This document shows, piece by piece, positions 36,411 to 46,476 of a DNA stretch of 64,000 nucleotides. The notes beneath the pieces are model-generated. The model had not been told where the DNA came from. It did no database searches and saw only the letters and a program-made list of their open reading frames with translations. The stretch spans positions 63,505-127,504 of the IMG/VR virus record IMGVR_UViG_3300036790_000468; one strand, given 5' to 3'. Each line of letters opens with the position of its first letter. Positions within the stretch are counted from its first letter, which is position 1. Source of the DNA: a virus. A program made the position numbers and the translations under genes.

Positions 36411-38425
36411 ACGCCCCGAGCTCCCGGGCGGCGCTGTGCTCGGACGGCTACGACATCCCGGCCGCGCACCTGCGCACCCGCCACTACACGCTGCTCGCCA
36501 GCCTCTGCCTCGGCGCCCTGACCGTGTGGCTCGGCTACCGCGCGGCCCAGGACACCGGCGCGATCACCGGCCACGACCACGCCGCGCTGGTGTGGACCGT
36601 GCTGATGCTCGCGCTCTCGCACCAGACCGTGATCGCGTGGTTCGACCGGCCCTACACCGTCACCGACGAGCAGGCCCGCGAGCTCGCCCGGCTCTTCGTC
36701 GAGGTCTCCATCCCGGTCTACAACGAGTCGGTCGAGATCGTGGACCGCACGCTCTACGCCCTGACGGTCCAGACCAGACCGCCGCAGCGTGTCGTGCTGG
36801 TCGACGACGGCTCCGATGTCGACTACAGCGTCCTGCGCGTGTTCTGGGTGGCGCGGTTCCACGAGCTCGGGATCGAGCTGGTCTGGCACCGGCAGGCCAA
36901 CGCCGGCAAGCGCCACGCCCAGGCGGTCGCGTTCCGGGCCGCGGGCGACGGGGTGATGGTCACGCTCGATTCCGACACCGCTCTGACCGCGACAGCGCTG
37001 GAAGAGATCCTCAAGCCCTTCGTCGACGCGCGCGTGTGGTCGGTCGCCGGGGTGGAGCTCGCCGCGAATCAGACCGCGAACATCCTCACCCGGATCAACG
37101 GGCTGCGGCAGGTCTCCTGGCAGATGGTGCAGTGCGCCGCGCTCAACCGCGTCGGCGGCATCATGGTCAACCGGGGTACGTTCGCCGCGTACCGCGCGCA
37201 GCTCGTGCGCGAGACCGTGGACGCCTACCTCGCCGAGACCTTCTGCGGCCGGCCGGTGAAGTACTCCGACGACAGCCTGCTCACGCTCTACGCGCTCGGG
37301 CGCGGGCGCGCCGTCCAGCAGTCCACCGCGTTCCAGCTCAGCGAGTACCCCGACCGGCTCTCCCACGCCCTGCGCCAGTGGGTGCGCTGGATGCGCGGCT
37401 CCACCATCCGCTCGATCTGGCGCGCCCGCTACCTGCGCCCCGGCTCCTACGCCTGGTGGATCAACCTGATCAACTGGTGGCAACTGGTGGTCTCCACCGG
37501 TGCCTACGCGTACGTGTTCCTCGTGCTGCCGGTCGAAGGGCGCACCGCCCTCTCAGCGGTCGCGGCCGCGGTCGCCGCGTCCTACCTCGCCAACGCCCGC
37601 ACCCTGCTCGTCGCCCGCACCGATCAGGACGCGCTCGCGCAGCTCGACACCTGGCTCCTCTCCCCGCTCGCCTGGGCCTGGTCGCTGCTGGTGCTGCGCC
37701 CGGTCCGGTTCTACGCGACCCTGACCTGCGCGAACAACGGATGGGGCACCAGGTCCGCGGTGGAGGTCGGCGAGCAGACCGGCCACAGCGCCCCCGCAGC
37801 GCCACCCCTGGGCGCACCCGCGCCGGTGTTCGCCACCGTCGCGCGACGCCCCGAGACCACGCTCGAGCTCGAGCGCGTCCCCGCGGTCTGGATCCCCGAA
37901 CCCGCAGAGCCGCAACTCCCCGCAGGCACGGCGGTCATCCCGCGGGTTCCGGGCCGGCGCGCCCGCGCGGGCGGGCACCGCGGTGCGCGGCGCACGGTGT
38001 CGGGCGCGTCGCTCGCCGCTCTCGCCTTCATGGTCGCGGCCCTCGCCGGCGGCCTGGTGCTCGCGGTCACCGACCCCAGCTCCCCGAGCCTTGCGCCCCC
38101 GGCCGCGGCGAGCTCGCACGGGGCCGCGGCCGCGCCCTCGGTGTCCTCGGCCACGCTCGCCCCGGCACCGATGCCCGGCGTGGTGCGCGTGGCAGCACCG
38201 CTGGCCACCAGCTCGCCGCCGACGGCGCCCGCCGCATCGACGCATCCGGGCGCCCCCGCCACCACCGCTGCAGCCCCGTCGACGCCGCCGGCGCGCACCT
38301 CCGCGCCCGCGGCCAGCTCGAGCACCTCCGCGGCGCCGAGTCCCAGTGCGAGCAGCGCGCCGGCCAGCTCCCCGGCACCGTCCCCGTCCCTCCCGTCCGC
38401 AAGCCCGTCAGGAACAGCCTCATGA
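36407..38425 (+). CDS. Processive GT2 polysaccharide synthase (hyaluronan/chitin synthase-like)
   Basis: IPVYNE, VDDGS, NAGKR, LDSDT, SDD, QWVRW (QxxRW), WGTR; TM segments; Ser/Pro/Ala-rich tail. Confidence 0.9.
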   Translation: MNAPSSRAALCSDGYDIPAAHLRTRHYTLLASLCLGALTVWLGYRAAQDTGAITGHDHAALVWTVLMLALSHQTVIAWFDRPYTVTDEQARELARLFVEVSIPVYNESVEIVDRTLYALTVQTRPPQRVVLVDDGSDVDYSVLRVFWVARFHELGIELVWHRQANAGKRHAQAVAFRAAGDGVMVTLDSDTALTATALEEILKPFVDARVWSVAGVELAANQTANILTRINGLRQVSWQMVQCAALNRVGGIMVNRGTFAAYRAQLVRETVDAYLAETFCGRPVKYSDDSLLTLYALGRGRAVQQSTAFQLSEYPDRLSHALRQWVRWMRGSTIRSIWRARYLRPGSYAWWINLINWWQLVVSTGAYAYVFLVLPVEGRTALSAVAAAVAASYLANARTLLVARTDQDALAQLDTWLLSPLAWAWSLLVLRPVRFYATLTCANNGWGTRSAVEVGEQTGHSAPAAPPLGAPAPVFATVARRPETTLELERVPAVWIPEPAEPQLPAGTAVIPRVPGRRARAGGHRGARRTVSGASLAALAFMVAALAGGLVLAVTDPSSPSLAPPAAASSHGAAAAPSVSSATLAPAPMPGVVRVAAPLATSSPPTAPAASTHPGAPATTAAAPSTPPARTSAPAASSSTSAAPSPSASSAPASSPAPSPSLPSASPSGTAS

Positions 38426-39447
38426 GAACCCGCGCCACCTCCCTCGTCGCCGCCATCGCCATCGTGGCCCTGCTCGCCATCGGGGCCGGAATCGCCGTCA
38501 CCACGGGAGAACCCGCCGCGCCTGGGAACAGCCCTGCGGCGCCGAGCTCGAGCGCAGCGCCGAACACGGCGCCCGCCTCGCCGACGCCGCCACCGGTGAT
38601 CCCGGTGACCGCACTGACCCATCCCGCCGGCAAGCTCGTCGGGGTGGCGCTGCCGGGCAGCTCCTCGGGGCTCGCCGCGTTCGCGGCCGCGTCGGGCACG
38701 AGCCCGGATGTGAACGAGACGTTCGTGAACTGGGGAGCGTTGTTCCCGACCGGGGACGCCACTACGGCGCTTGGCCAGGGCGCGTACACGCTGGTGTCCT
38801 GGCAGTCCGAGAACGAGCCGCTCGCCCGGATCGCCTCCGGGGCTGATGACGCGTACATCACGGCGTTCGCCCGGTCCGTCGCCGCGTTCCGCGACGCGGT
38901 GTACATCGACTTCGACCACGAGTTCAACGGCGACTGGTACCCGTGGGGCACCCAGGCCGTCTCCCCAGGCCAGTTCACGGCCGCGTGGCGGCACCTGCAC
39001 CAGCTCTTCGACCAGGCCGGCGCGGCCAACGCGGTGTGGGTGTGGTCCCCGAACGTGGTGAACCCGGTCCCGGGCGTCGAGCTGGCCGCGTATTGGCCGG
39101 GCGCGGCCGAGGTCGATGTCGTCGGGATCGTCGGGTACTACACCGGCCAGCTCGGCGAATCCACCTACGCGGGCTTGTTCACCCGGACCGAGGGCCTCGT
39201 CGACGCATTCGCGCACAAGCCGTACCTGATCACCGAAGCAGGCGCGCAACAAGGGCCTGATAAGGCTGCGTGGGTCGCGGACCTGCTCGCCGGAGTGAAG
39301 AACGACCCCGGCATGCTCGGGGTGATCTACTTCGATGAGGGGAGCGCCCAGCACAAGCGCGCCGACTGGACCCTGGAAGACAGCGGCCCGGCCCTGGCAG
39401 CGTGGCGGGCCGGCGTGCGGGCGATGCCGCTCGCCCCGGCCGCATGA
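38422..39447 (+). CDS. Secreted GH26-family glycoside hydrolase
   Basis: Signal/TM + linker; HEFNGDWYPW acid/base, WVWSPN, YWPG..VDVVG, ITEAG nucleophile. Confidence 0.9.
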   Translation: MRTRATSLVAAIAIVALLAIGAGIAVTTGEPAAPGNSPAAPSSSAAPNTAPASPTPPPVIPVTALTHPAGKLVGVALPGSSSGLAAFAAASGTSPDVNETFVNWGALFPTGDATTALGQGAYTLVSWQSENEPLARIASGADDAYITAFARSVAAFRDAVYIDFDHEFNGDWYPWGTQAVSPGQFTAAWRHLHQLFDQAGAANAVWVWSPNVVNPVPGVELAAYWPGAAEVDVVGIVGYYTGQLGESTYAGLFTRTEGLVDAFAHKPYLITEAGAQQGPDKAAWVADLLAGVKNDPGMLGVIYFDEGSAQHKRADWTLEDSGPALAAWRAGVRAMPLAPAA

Positions 39448-39896
39448 GCCGCCCGCGCCGCTCGCGCGCCCACTGGCTGCTGCCGCTGTGCGCCCTGGGC
39501 GTCGCCGCCGTCATCGCCGGCGCTCACTCGCACGGGCTGGCCGAGGCGGTGTTCTACGGCCTCGCGATGGTGTGCAGCGGCGCCGTGTTCGGCGTGCTCG
39601 ACGACCCGCCGGTGCCCTGGCACCGTCCCCAGCCGATGAGCACCCTGACGGTGTCGTCCACCACGGGGTTCCGCCGCGGCCAGCTCGTGTGCATCGGGGG
39701 CACCGAGGTGATGCTCATCGTCGGCGTCGGCCAGACGCAGCTCGCCGTGGTGCGCCCCACCCGCTGGCAGCTCGCCCGGATCCGCTGGCGCCGACGTATC
39801 GCGCGCTGGGCCAGCGCGCCGCTGCGCCGGTGCGCCACCCTCTGGTTTCTGCTGACCGAGGGCCGTGAGGACGATCCGGAAGACCGCTGGCTGTGA
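39444..39896 (+). CDS. Membrane-associated hypothetical protein
   Basis: ATGA overlap with GH26; two N-terminal TM segments. Confidence 0.6.
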   Translation: MSRPRRSRAHWLLPLCALGVAAVIAGAHSHGLAEAVFYGLAMVCSGAVFGVLDDPPVPWHRPQPMSTLTVSSTTGFRRGQLVCIGGTEVMLIVGVGQTQLAVVRPTRWQLARIRWRRRIARWASAPLRRCATLWFLLTEGREDDPEDRWL

Positions 39897-39921
39897 ATCC
39901 GGCGGCACCTAGCGCACACGG

Positions 39922-40452
39922 CTAGCGCCGAGCCCAACGCGGGCATGAGTGCGGCTCTCCGTGGATCCATGTGCCTGCGGTCTCATGGCAGCCGATGTAT
40001 ACGTTGCGCCGGCCCCGAGGCAGCCGGTCGTCCGGATCCGGCTTGACGCGGCCGCGCAGGACAGGTGGCGCGGGGCGCTTCGGCAGCGTCGGGCTACTTT
40101 GTGCGTCAGCGCCCAGAGCCTGCCGCATCCACTTCGCGAACTCCTCGGGACCATGCAGCCCGCTGCCGAGAAGTGACTCGTGCTCGAGCGGAGAGACCGG
40201 CGCCGCCTCGATGGGAGCGCTGTCCAGCCACATCCCGGCCAACGCCTCGATCCCGGCCCGGGCGGACATGCGCGGCCCGGCTTCACGGGCGTTCTCGGCG
40301 ATGTGCTCGAGCGCGCCGAGCGCGTCGTAGATCGCGTTGCACACGTTCGGCGCCGCGCCGGCCGCGCGCTGGACGCCGAGCTGCTCGCGGATCCACTCGG
40401 CCTGATCGCGCGCGTACTGGCGCTGCGGGCCGTCGGGCTCAGCCATCATCAC
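39922..40452 (-). CDS. Hypothetical protein
   Basis: Plausible composition; coupled to upstream ORF. Confidence 0.6.
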   Translation of the reverse strand: MMMAEPDGPQRQYARDQAEWIREQLGVQRAAGAAPNVCNAIYDALGALEHIAENAREAGPRMSARAGIEALAGMWLDSAPIEAAPVSPLEHESLLGSGLHGPEEFAKWMRQALGADAQSSPTLPKRPAPPVLRGRVKPDPDDRLPRGRRNVYIGCHETAGTWIHGEPHSCPRWARR

Positions 40453-40909
40453 TGCCGCCGGCCTGGGAACGTAGGTGCGCAGCGAGATCGGCGAACGCGG
40501 ACCCGTAGTTCCAGCCCTCGACCGAGAGCCCGGTGGGCACGTGGGTGAGTCGGATGCGTTCGATGCCGTCGCGCGTGAACGTCTCGACGCGGTAGTCCAT
40601 CTGGCACTGTTCCTCGTGCAAGGGCGGTTGCGGAACTGGGGTTCTGGCCACGGGACAGCCGCGCCACGGCGCGTGCATCAAGCGCAGTTCGACGAGCCCG
40701 ATGCCTTCGGCGATGTCCGCGGTGCGCGGGCCCGGGTGTGGCGGGTCGACGCGGCACGAGAGTTGCGGGCGGCACTGCTCGACGAGGAACGTGTGCCCGC
40801 TGACGATCACCTCTTGGCCGGCCCACAGCGCGGCGAGGTCGAACTCGACGTGGTCGTCGAAGGGCGCGTTCGGTGGGGCACCGTGCGAGATCGGCATGAT
40901 TCTCGGCAT
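40439..40909 (-). CDS. Hypothetical protein with release-factor-like C-terminal segment
   Basis: YRVETF..IRLTHVPTGLSVE resembles RF domain 3 lacking GGQ. Confidence 0.55.
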   Translation of the reverse strand: MPRIMPISHGAPPNAPFDDHVEFDLAALWAGQEVIVSGHTFLVEQCRPQLSCRVDPPHPGPRTADIAEGIGLVELRLMHAPWRGCPVARTPVPQPPLHEEQCQMDYRVETFTRDGIERIRLTHVPTGLSVEGWNYGSAFADLAAHLRSQAGGSDDG

Positions 40910-40966
40910 GATTCCCAGTCTGCCACCGGGCCCTGGCGGCCCATCAGGCTTTTCGATGCCCTTCGT

Positions 40967-42428
40967 CTGAAGTTTCGGAGTTACGCGGCGGTTGGTGTGC
41001 TGGTCAGCGCGGCGTGGTCGAATAGGTCGAGTGTGGTCTGAGCTGCGTGGACGCCGGTAATTCGGGCTCTGCGGAACGCGATGAGCATGTCGGCGACCGA
41101 GACGGTGGTCTTCTTCCGGTACCAGGGGGCGTTGCTCCGGCGGGCGGCGACATCGCCGGAGGCGTCACCGGTCTTGGCGTACCACAGGACGAGGATCGTC
41201 AGGCAGCACATGGTGAACGGGACGGTGCGCCGGACTGCTGCGGGCAGTCGGCTGGCGGCGTCTCCCGCGCCGAGCAGTTCCTTGCAGTCCTTAATCGTCT
41301 GCTCTTCGGACCACCGGTCGGAGTATCTGGCGGCGATGGTTTCCGGCGCGGCTGCGAGGTCGGTGGTGACCAGGGCAATGTCGTAGGGCTTCGTGGAGTC
41401 CAGGTCGCGGATCAGCACCACCCGGACCGGGGTGCGGTGCATGCTGCCCCACCACAGGCAGTCCACTTCGGCCAGCCACACGGTATCGATGACGCCGTAG
41501 CGGGTCACGGTGGTCTTGGTGAATCTCGCGGTGGCGGCGAGATCAGCCGGGGTGCCCAGCCGTTTGCCCTTCAACGCCGGGCGTCCACGGCGTCCGGTCG
41601 GCGGTGGCGGACCGTCGTAGAGGACTGCGTTGGAGGCGAGCCGGGAGGTGAACGTGACGTTGCCCGGCAGGTCGCGCCAGGCCGGGCCGCGGTACAGGGC
41701 GTCGGCCACCACGTGGATCTTCCGCTCGGGGAACGCCCGCGCGAGCAGGTTCACGATCTGGCGGGCCGCTTCGGTCTTCGAGCAGGTCGCCTCGGGGTTC
41801 GGCCGTTTCTTGGAGTTCGGGACGTGCAGCCGGAACAGCACCGGCAGGAACACCGCCCGGCACAGGAACGGCACGTGCACGACGATCCCGGCGACCACGA
41901 AGCAGTTCCCGCGGCCGATCCCGTCGCGGCCTTTCGCCGAGCCGTCGTGCTGCCAGGCCGCGCCGTACACCTTCTTGCCGAACCGGTGGAACAAGGTGTC
42001 GTCCACTGCCACCGTCAACGCAGCTCCCCTCGGAGCGAACGCGGCCACGACCGCGTGGGCCAGCAGCAGCCCCAGGTTGTCGGGATCCCATGCCGCGTAG
42101 GCAAAGAACCAGTGCGCCCTCGACCAGTGAAGGCGCCCGGCGAGCCCGGCCGCGCTCCACATCCCGGTCACCGTCCGCGAACCGGTCGCCCCGAGCACGC
42201 CGGTGACCAGCGCGGTGAACGTGAGATACGACGGTGCGCCGAACGCGCCACGGCACGCCGCCAACACTTCGGCCAGCCCGGCCGGTACCGTCAGAAACGG
42301 AAGCATGGGTGAAACCCCTTAGACCAGGGCGTTTACAAGTACACCCATGCTTCCGTCATGCCTGAAACCGATCGCACACCGCCACGCCGTAGATCACTCC
42401 AAAGAGCTCACGAAGTCCGAAACTTCAG
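40967..42428 (-). mobile_element. IS701-like insertion sequence (1462 bp)
   Basis: Terminal IR CTGAAGTTTCGGA(G/C)TT at 40967 and its reverse complement ending 42428, enclosing a transposase. Confidence 0.9.
40981..42306 (-). CDS. DDE transposase (DDE_5 / IS701-like)
   Basis: VAVDDT, VVADALY, YSDRWSEEQTIKDCK (YREK-like) motifs. Confidence 0.92.
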   Translation of the reverse strand: MLPFLTVPAGLAEVLAACRGAFGAPSYLTFTALVTGVLGATGSRTVTGMWSAAGLAGRLHWSRAHWFFAYAAWDPDNLGLLLAHAVVAAFAPRGAALTVAVDDTLFHRFGKKVYGAAWQHDGSAKGRDGIGRGNCFVVAGIVVHVPFLCRAVFLPVLFRLHVPNSKKRPNPEATCSKTEAARQIVNLLARAFPERKIHVVADALYRGPAWRDLPGNVTFTSRLASNAVLYDGPPPPTGRRGRPALKGKRLGTPADLAATARFTKTTVTRYGVIDTVWLAEVDCLWWGSMHRTPVRVVLIRDLDSTKPYDIALVTTDLAAAPETIAARYSDRWSEEQTIKDCKELLGAGDAASRLPAAVRRTVPFTMCCLTILVLWYAKTGDASGDVAARRSNAPWYRKKTTVSVADMLIAFRRARITGVHAAQTTLDLFDHAALTSTPTAA

Positions 42429-42487
42429 TACTCGAAGGGGTGATTCGCGCGCTGGAGCCCCTCCCCAAGCGCGCGGACGGGTAGGGT

Positions 42488-45001
42488 GTGGCTCGACAAT
42501 GGTGCGATCGCGGCGCGGTCTGGCTGAAACTGAACCTCAGCCAGACCGCGGAGCGAGACGAGGCGCTCAGCGCCAATGCGAGGCTGATGTACAAGCGCGA
42601 CGACGCGGAGGCCGCGCTGGCTCACGCCGTCACCGAAATCCGCGGACTCATGGCCGCAGCCGAGAAACTCCTACTCGACTGGCCGAAGCCCGGCACGCCA
42701 GCACACCGGCAGGCCGTGACCCGGGCCATCAGGTCGGTCGAAACGCTGCTCGCGCGCCTGCCAGCTACGGCAGAGGACGGTGCGTCATGACCGCGAGCGC
42801 CGAGGAGCGCACCGAGTCCGCCCGCTGGATCGCCGGCCAAGTCAAGGATGCGGCCAGGGCCCAGCGCACCCTGTACGGCATGGCGAAGGTCGTCGTGGAC
42901 GAACTCGACGACCTTGCCGCCGCGACCCTCACGCCCGAAGACGGGCACCTGCTCATGGCCGTCGCCCTGTTCATCGACCGGTTGGGCCCCGAACTTGCGA
43001 AGGTCGATCCGCGCTCGAAGGTCGCGGGAACCAACGCGCGCCTCCTGATGATGATCGGGGAGATCGCGTACAGCCGCACAGCCAATCCGCAGCAGGACGA
43101 GCGCGACGACAAAGGAGCCCAGTGATGATGCTCGGATGGCTGTACCGCTGGCGGGAACGCCGGATCATGCGCGCATGGTCGCGCGAGGCCGCCGGAGACC
43201 GGGGGATCCTCGAGAAGTACTACGACTACGAAGACGCCGGGGACGGCGTCGTGGTCATGACGCCGAAGCGTGGCAGCGGCGAGGACGGAGACGCATCGTG
43301 AGCACCCACTATCCGCCCGGCATGGACGGCGTCGAGCTCGAACACCTGTTCGACCCCGAAGCGATCCGGCGCACGCTGGGAGGCCGGCCGCGACCGGTGG
43401 GATCCTGACTTCCATGCAGTGCCGCACCACCGCCAAGAGCGCCTACCGCTGCGACACCGACCTGCTCATCCGCGAGGTCCTCGAAGCCGCCCACGGGCTG
43501 TACGCGCGAACCGCCCGGGAACCGTGCCGGCTCTTCGTGCACCCGCTCGACGGACGCGCCCTGATCATGGCGCCGATCGGCACGTGGGGACCCGTAGTCG
43601 GCATCGACGCCGACAGCAGGCCGCGCTTCCGGAACATGGCCATGTTCTACGACCCGGAGATGCAGCCCGGCATGGCGCGCGTCGAGATATGCGACGGCTG
43701 CCTGTCGATGTGGCGTGACTGCGAGCACGGCACCCGCCGCGCCGCCGACCTCGAGGGCACTGCGCGGCTGATTGTCGACGCGCTCGCCGACCTCGGCGAC
43801 GAATGGGCGCGCCCACGGCCGCGTGCGGGCGGCCTCGAGCCGACGGAAACCCGCGCACCGGAGACGCCGCCCGTGCCGGCCGGCAAGCGCACGCGGCGCC
43901 CGTCCAAGCGCGAGCTCGAGCGGCGAGCCGAGACCGCCGCACGCAAGGCCGCAGAGGCGACGAAGAAGGCCGAGAACGCCCGCCGGACACTCGAGGAGGG
44001 ATCCTGAGCCCATGACCATCGACCAATCCAGCATCGAGGACCAGGCCCAGGAAGCCGCCGAGCGCCGCTACAAGTCGCTCGACTCCCACATGTTCGTAGC
44101 CCTCAGCGGACTCATGCCGCACGAATCCCTCCGCCCCGCCACCGACGCCGCAACCGGTCTCGTCCGGCGGGAACTCGAGTCCACCTACGCGGCGCTCCTC
44201 GAGGCCAACGCCGCACGCGACGAAGCCCGCGACCTCGCGTACAAACTGCACGCCGCGCTCGATCTCGCCGTCATCGGCGCCGACCTGATCGCAGCCTGCG
44301 GGGTAGACCTCGACGCGCTGCCCGCATGGCTGAAGCAGCCGTGACCGACGACGAACTGACGAACCAGCGCCTGGTCGACATCCTCGTGCTCCTGGCCCGC
44401 GAATACGCGACCGTCACCAACACCCTGTGCGCAGACCTGCGCGTGCCGAAAGACCTCCGCGACCAACTCGCCGCGCACACGGCCGAAGTGCTGGGCGAGT
44501 TGCCCGCGCGAGTCCAGCGCGCGGTCGATCCCGACTACGGGCTCGAAGACGCCAAGGTCGACTGGGCCGGGCGCGTCATCGCCGACGACCGCATGCCGCC
44601 CGGAGTTGAAGGGATCGGCAGCCATGACTGAGGTCGACAGGCCGGCCGCCCCGTCCGCGTTCACCGCGTGCTTCATCCTCGTGTCCGGCGCCCCGGACCG
44701 TGAACGGATCCTCACCGACATCCGCTGCTACATCGACTTCCACGCGGCCGTGAACCCGCTCTCGCGCGGCCCGGTCCTCGCCGTCGACATTCCGCGCCAC
44801 GATATCCCGCTCAGCGAGCCTTTGTACGCCGCCGAGCTGGCGCAGATGCTCCACAGGCTCCCGTGCGGCGCGCTCCTGGAGTGGCTCGTCCCACGGCGCG
44901 ACGCGGCCCGCGCGTTCGGGTTGTACGCCGACTGGGACGAAATGGCGGTGCATCCGGACATCATGGAACTCGAGGACTCGCACCCGCCGTACGAGAGCTA
45001 G
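42488..45001 (+). CDS. Cluster of about 8 closely packed small hypothetical genes (42488-42790, 42787-43125, 43122-43301, 43298-43408, 43414-44007, 44012-44344, 44341-44631, 44624-45001)
   Basis: Start/stop overlaps or few-nt gaps, high GC3; no recognisable families. Confidence 0.65.
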
Positions 45002-45309
45002 ACGTCGGGCCGCTCGCGCACCTCGAGGTTGCCGGGGTCGTTGTTGCGAGGGTCGCCGTCGCGGTGGTGGAGCTGCTTCGGCCGGCCGCCGCCGACTCCC
45101 TTGCCGGGCCGCTTGGCCGCCCAGTCGCGGATCTCCTGCTCGCGGTCCGCCTTCCAGGCGGGTCGGCCGTCCAGGTCGTAGTCGGGCTTCGGGAACGGAT
45201 GGTTCTCGTATCGGCCTGCCGGCTTGGAGTGGGCGCGGTAGAACCGGAGCGTCTCGGTCTTCACGCCGAGGATTCCAGCTACGTCGCTGCTGCTGAGTAC
45301 GTCGGTCAT
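44998..45309 (-). CDS. AlpA/MerR-like HTH protein with C-terminal HNH-like fragment
   Basis: LSSSDVAGILGVKTETLRFY..FPKPD..PAW; HHRDGDPRNNDPGNLEV. Confidence 0.8.
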   Translation of the reverse strand: MTDVLSSSDVAGILGVKTETLRFYRAHSKPAGRYENHPFPKPDYDLDGRPAWKADREQEIRDWAAKRPGKGVGGGRPKQLHHRDGDPRNNDPGNLEVRERPDV

Positions 45310-45316
45310 GGTCACG

Positions 45317-45373
45317 AGTATTCCTTGCGCGCGCACCGTTGACAAGGTTTCTAGGTGGGGGTACTTTAGAAAC
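45317..45373. promoter_or_regulatory. Overlapping divergent promoters with inverted repeat
   Basis: + TTGACA(45339)-17-TACTTT; - TTGTCA-17-AATACT just upstream of ATG; IR GTTTCTA...TAGAAAC. Confidence 0.75.
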
Positions 45374-45417
45374 GTAGCCACCGCACCGATGGCAATGAAT
45401 CGACTGGGGAGCCGAAG

Positions 45418-45816
45418 ATGACCGCCAAGACCGCAGGCCAGAAGTTCACCGCCAGCATGGTCAAGAACCTCGGCATCGGCGGTCGGACCCGCGCCTACCG
45501 CAACGGCCTCAGTCTCCGCGAGGACATCCTCGACGCGGTCGTCAACGCGACCACGATCCCCGGCTACTACAGCGAGCAGCGCACCGCCGAATTCCAGGTC
45601 GCCTACGCCTCGGTCAACGGCTACCGGGCCAACTCCGGCGGCAACCGAGTCGACGCGATCGTCGGCTGGTACCTGTGCGAAGGCCTGTCGATCTACCAGT
45701 TCGTCAAGATGCTCGGCCGCATGGTCGACGCGGGCGTGACCACGAGCTACCAGGCCGAGCAGTTCTTCCGCGGACTGCGCGCCGAGGCTAACGCGGCCTA
45801 CTCCGCCCGCTACTGA
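45418..45816 (+). CDS. Hypothetical protein
   Basis: First cargo gene after promoter; strong codon bias. Confidence 0.8.
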   Translation: MTAKTAGQKFTASMVKNLGIGGRTRAYRNGLSLREDILDAVVNATTIPGYYSEQRTAEFQVAYASVNGYRANSGGNRVDAIVGWYLCEGLSIYQFVKMLGRMVDAGVTTSYQAEQFFRGLRAEANAAYSARY

Positions 45817-45999
45817 CCAACACTGTTTCGGGGGCCACCCGCCCAACCAGGGCGGTGGTCCACCACCGGGGGTCGCTCCCCACGGTGGTCCTCCTCGGGG
45901 AGACCCGAGCTCCCACCCAGGGAGCCGGCACGGACCCCGGGGAGGCCATGGGACTTGCTCAACCCGTACAGCCACCGACCACCGAGCCGAGGAGTCACG

Positions 46000-46344
46000 A
46001 TGACCGTCACGAATACCGCCGCGCAGACCTTCGCCCACGGCGACCTGATCCGCATCCCGACCGGCTACGTCGCCACCGTGAACCGCATGCACTACGCGGG
46101 CGACCGGCACCTGCGCGTCGAGTGCACCGACGGCACCTCCTGGATCGCCGCGAACTGCCAGGCGCTGACCGGCGACGGCAACGGCATCAAGGTCACCTCC
46201 AGGGCTACCGGTCACGCTTACCTGGCCTGGGCGTACGGCACGTCTCACATGACGGCACGCTCCCTCCCCCTCGCCCCTGGAGACCGCGGACTCACCCTCA
46301 CGAACGAGCGGTTCGCTGAGGAATTCCAGATCGCCAACTTCTGA
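46000..46344 (+). CDS. Hypothetical protein
   Basis: GAGGAG RBS. Confidence 0.75.
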   Translation: MTVTNTAAQTFAHGDLIRIPTGYVATVNRMHYAGDRHLRVECTDGTSWIAANCQALTGDGNGIKVTSRATGHAYLAWAYGTSHMTARSLPLAPGDRGLTLTNERFAEEFQIANF

Positions 46345-46402
46345 CCGGGCCGCGCGGCCCGGCGCCCGTCTCCCCGGGAACCGGCGCCCGCGCAGTCCGC
46401 CC
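46341..46402 (+). repeat. ~62-bp structured intergenic repeat, copy 1
   Basis: Near-identical to 52748-52811. Confidence 0.85.
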
Positions 46403-46476
46403 GGCCCGGTCGCCCACGCGGCCGGGCACCGCCCGATACCGTCCAACCCGAGAGCGCGACGAAGGAGCCCCGGACC

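Noticed and set aside
36436-39447. 1003-aa ORF suggesting a GT2-GH26 fusion
   Set aside because: The upstream part is off-frame filler; GH26 starts at ATG 38422 overlapping the GT2 stop
45000-45075. Functional HNH homing endonuclease
   Set aside because: Only a short HH..D..NN..NL fragment at the very C-terminus; the final helix and His/Asn are missing
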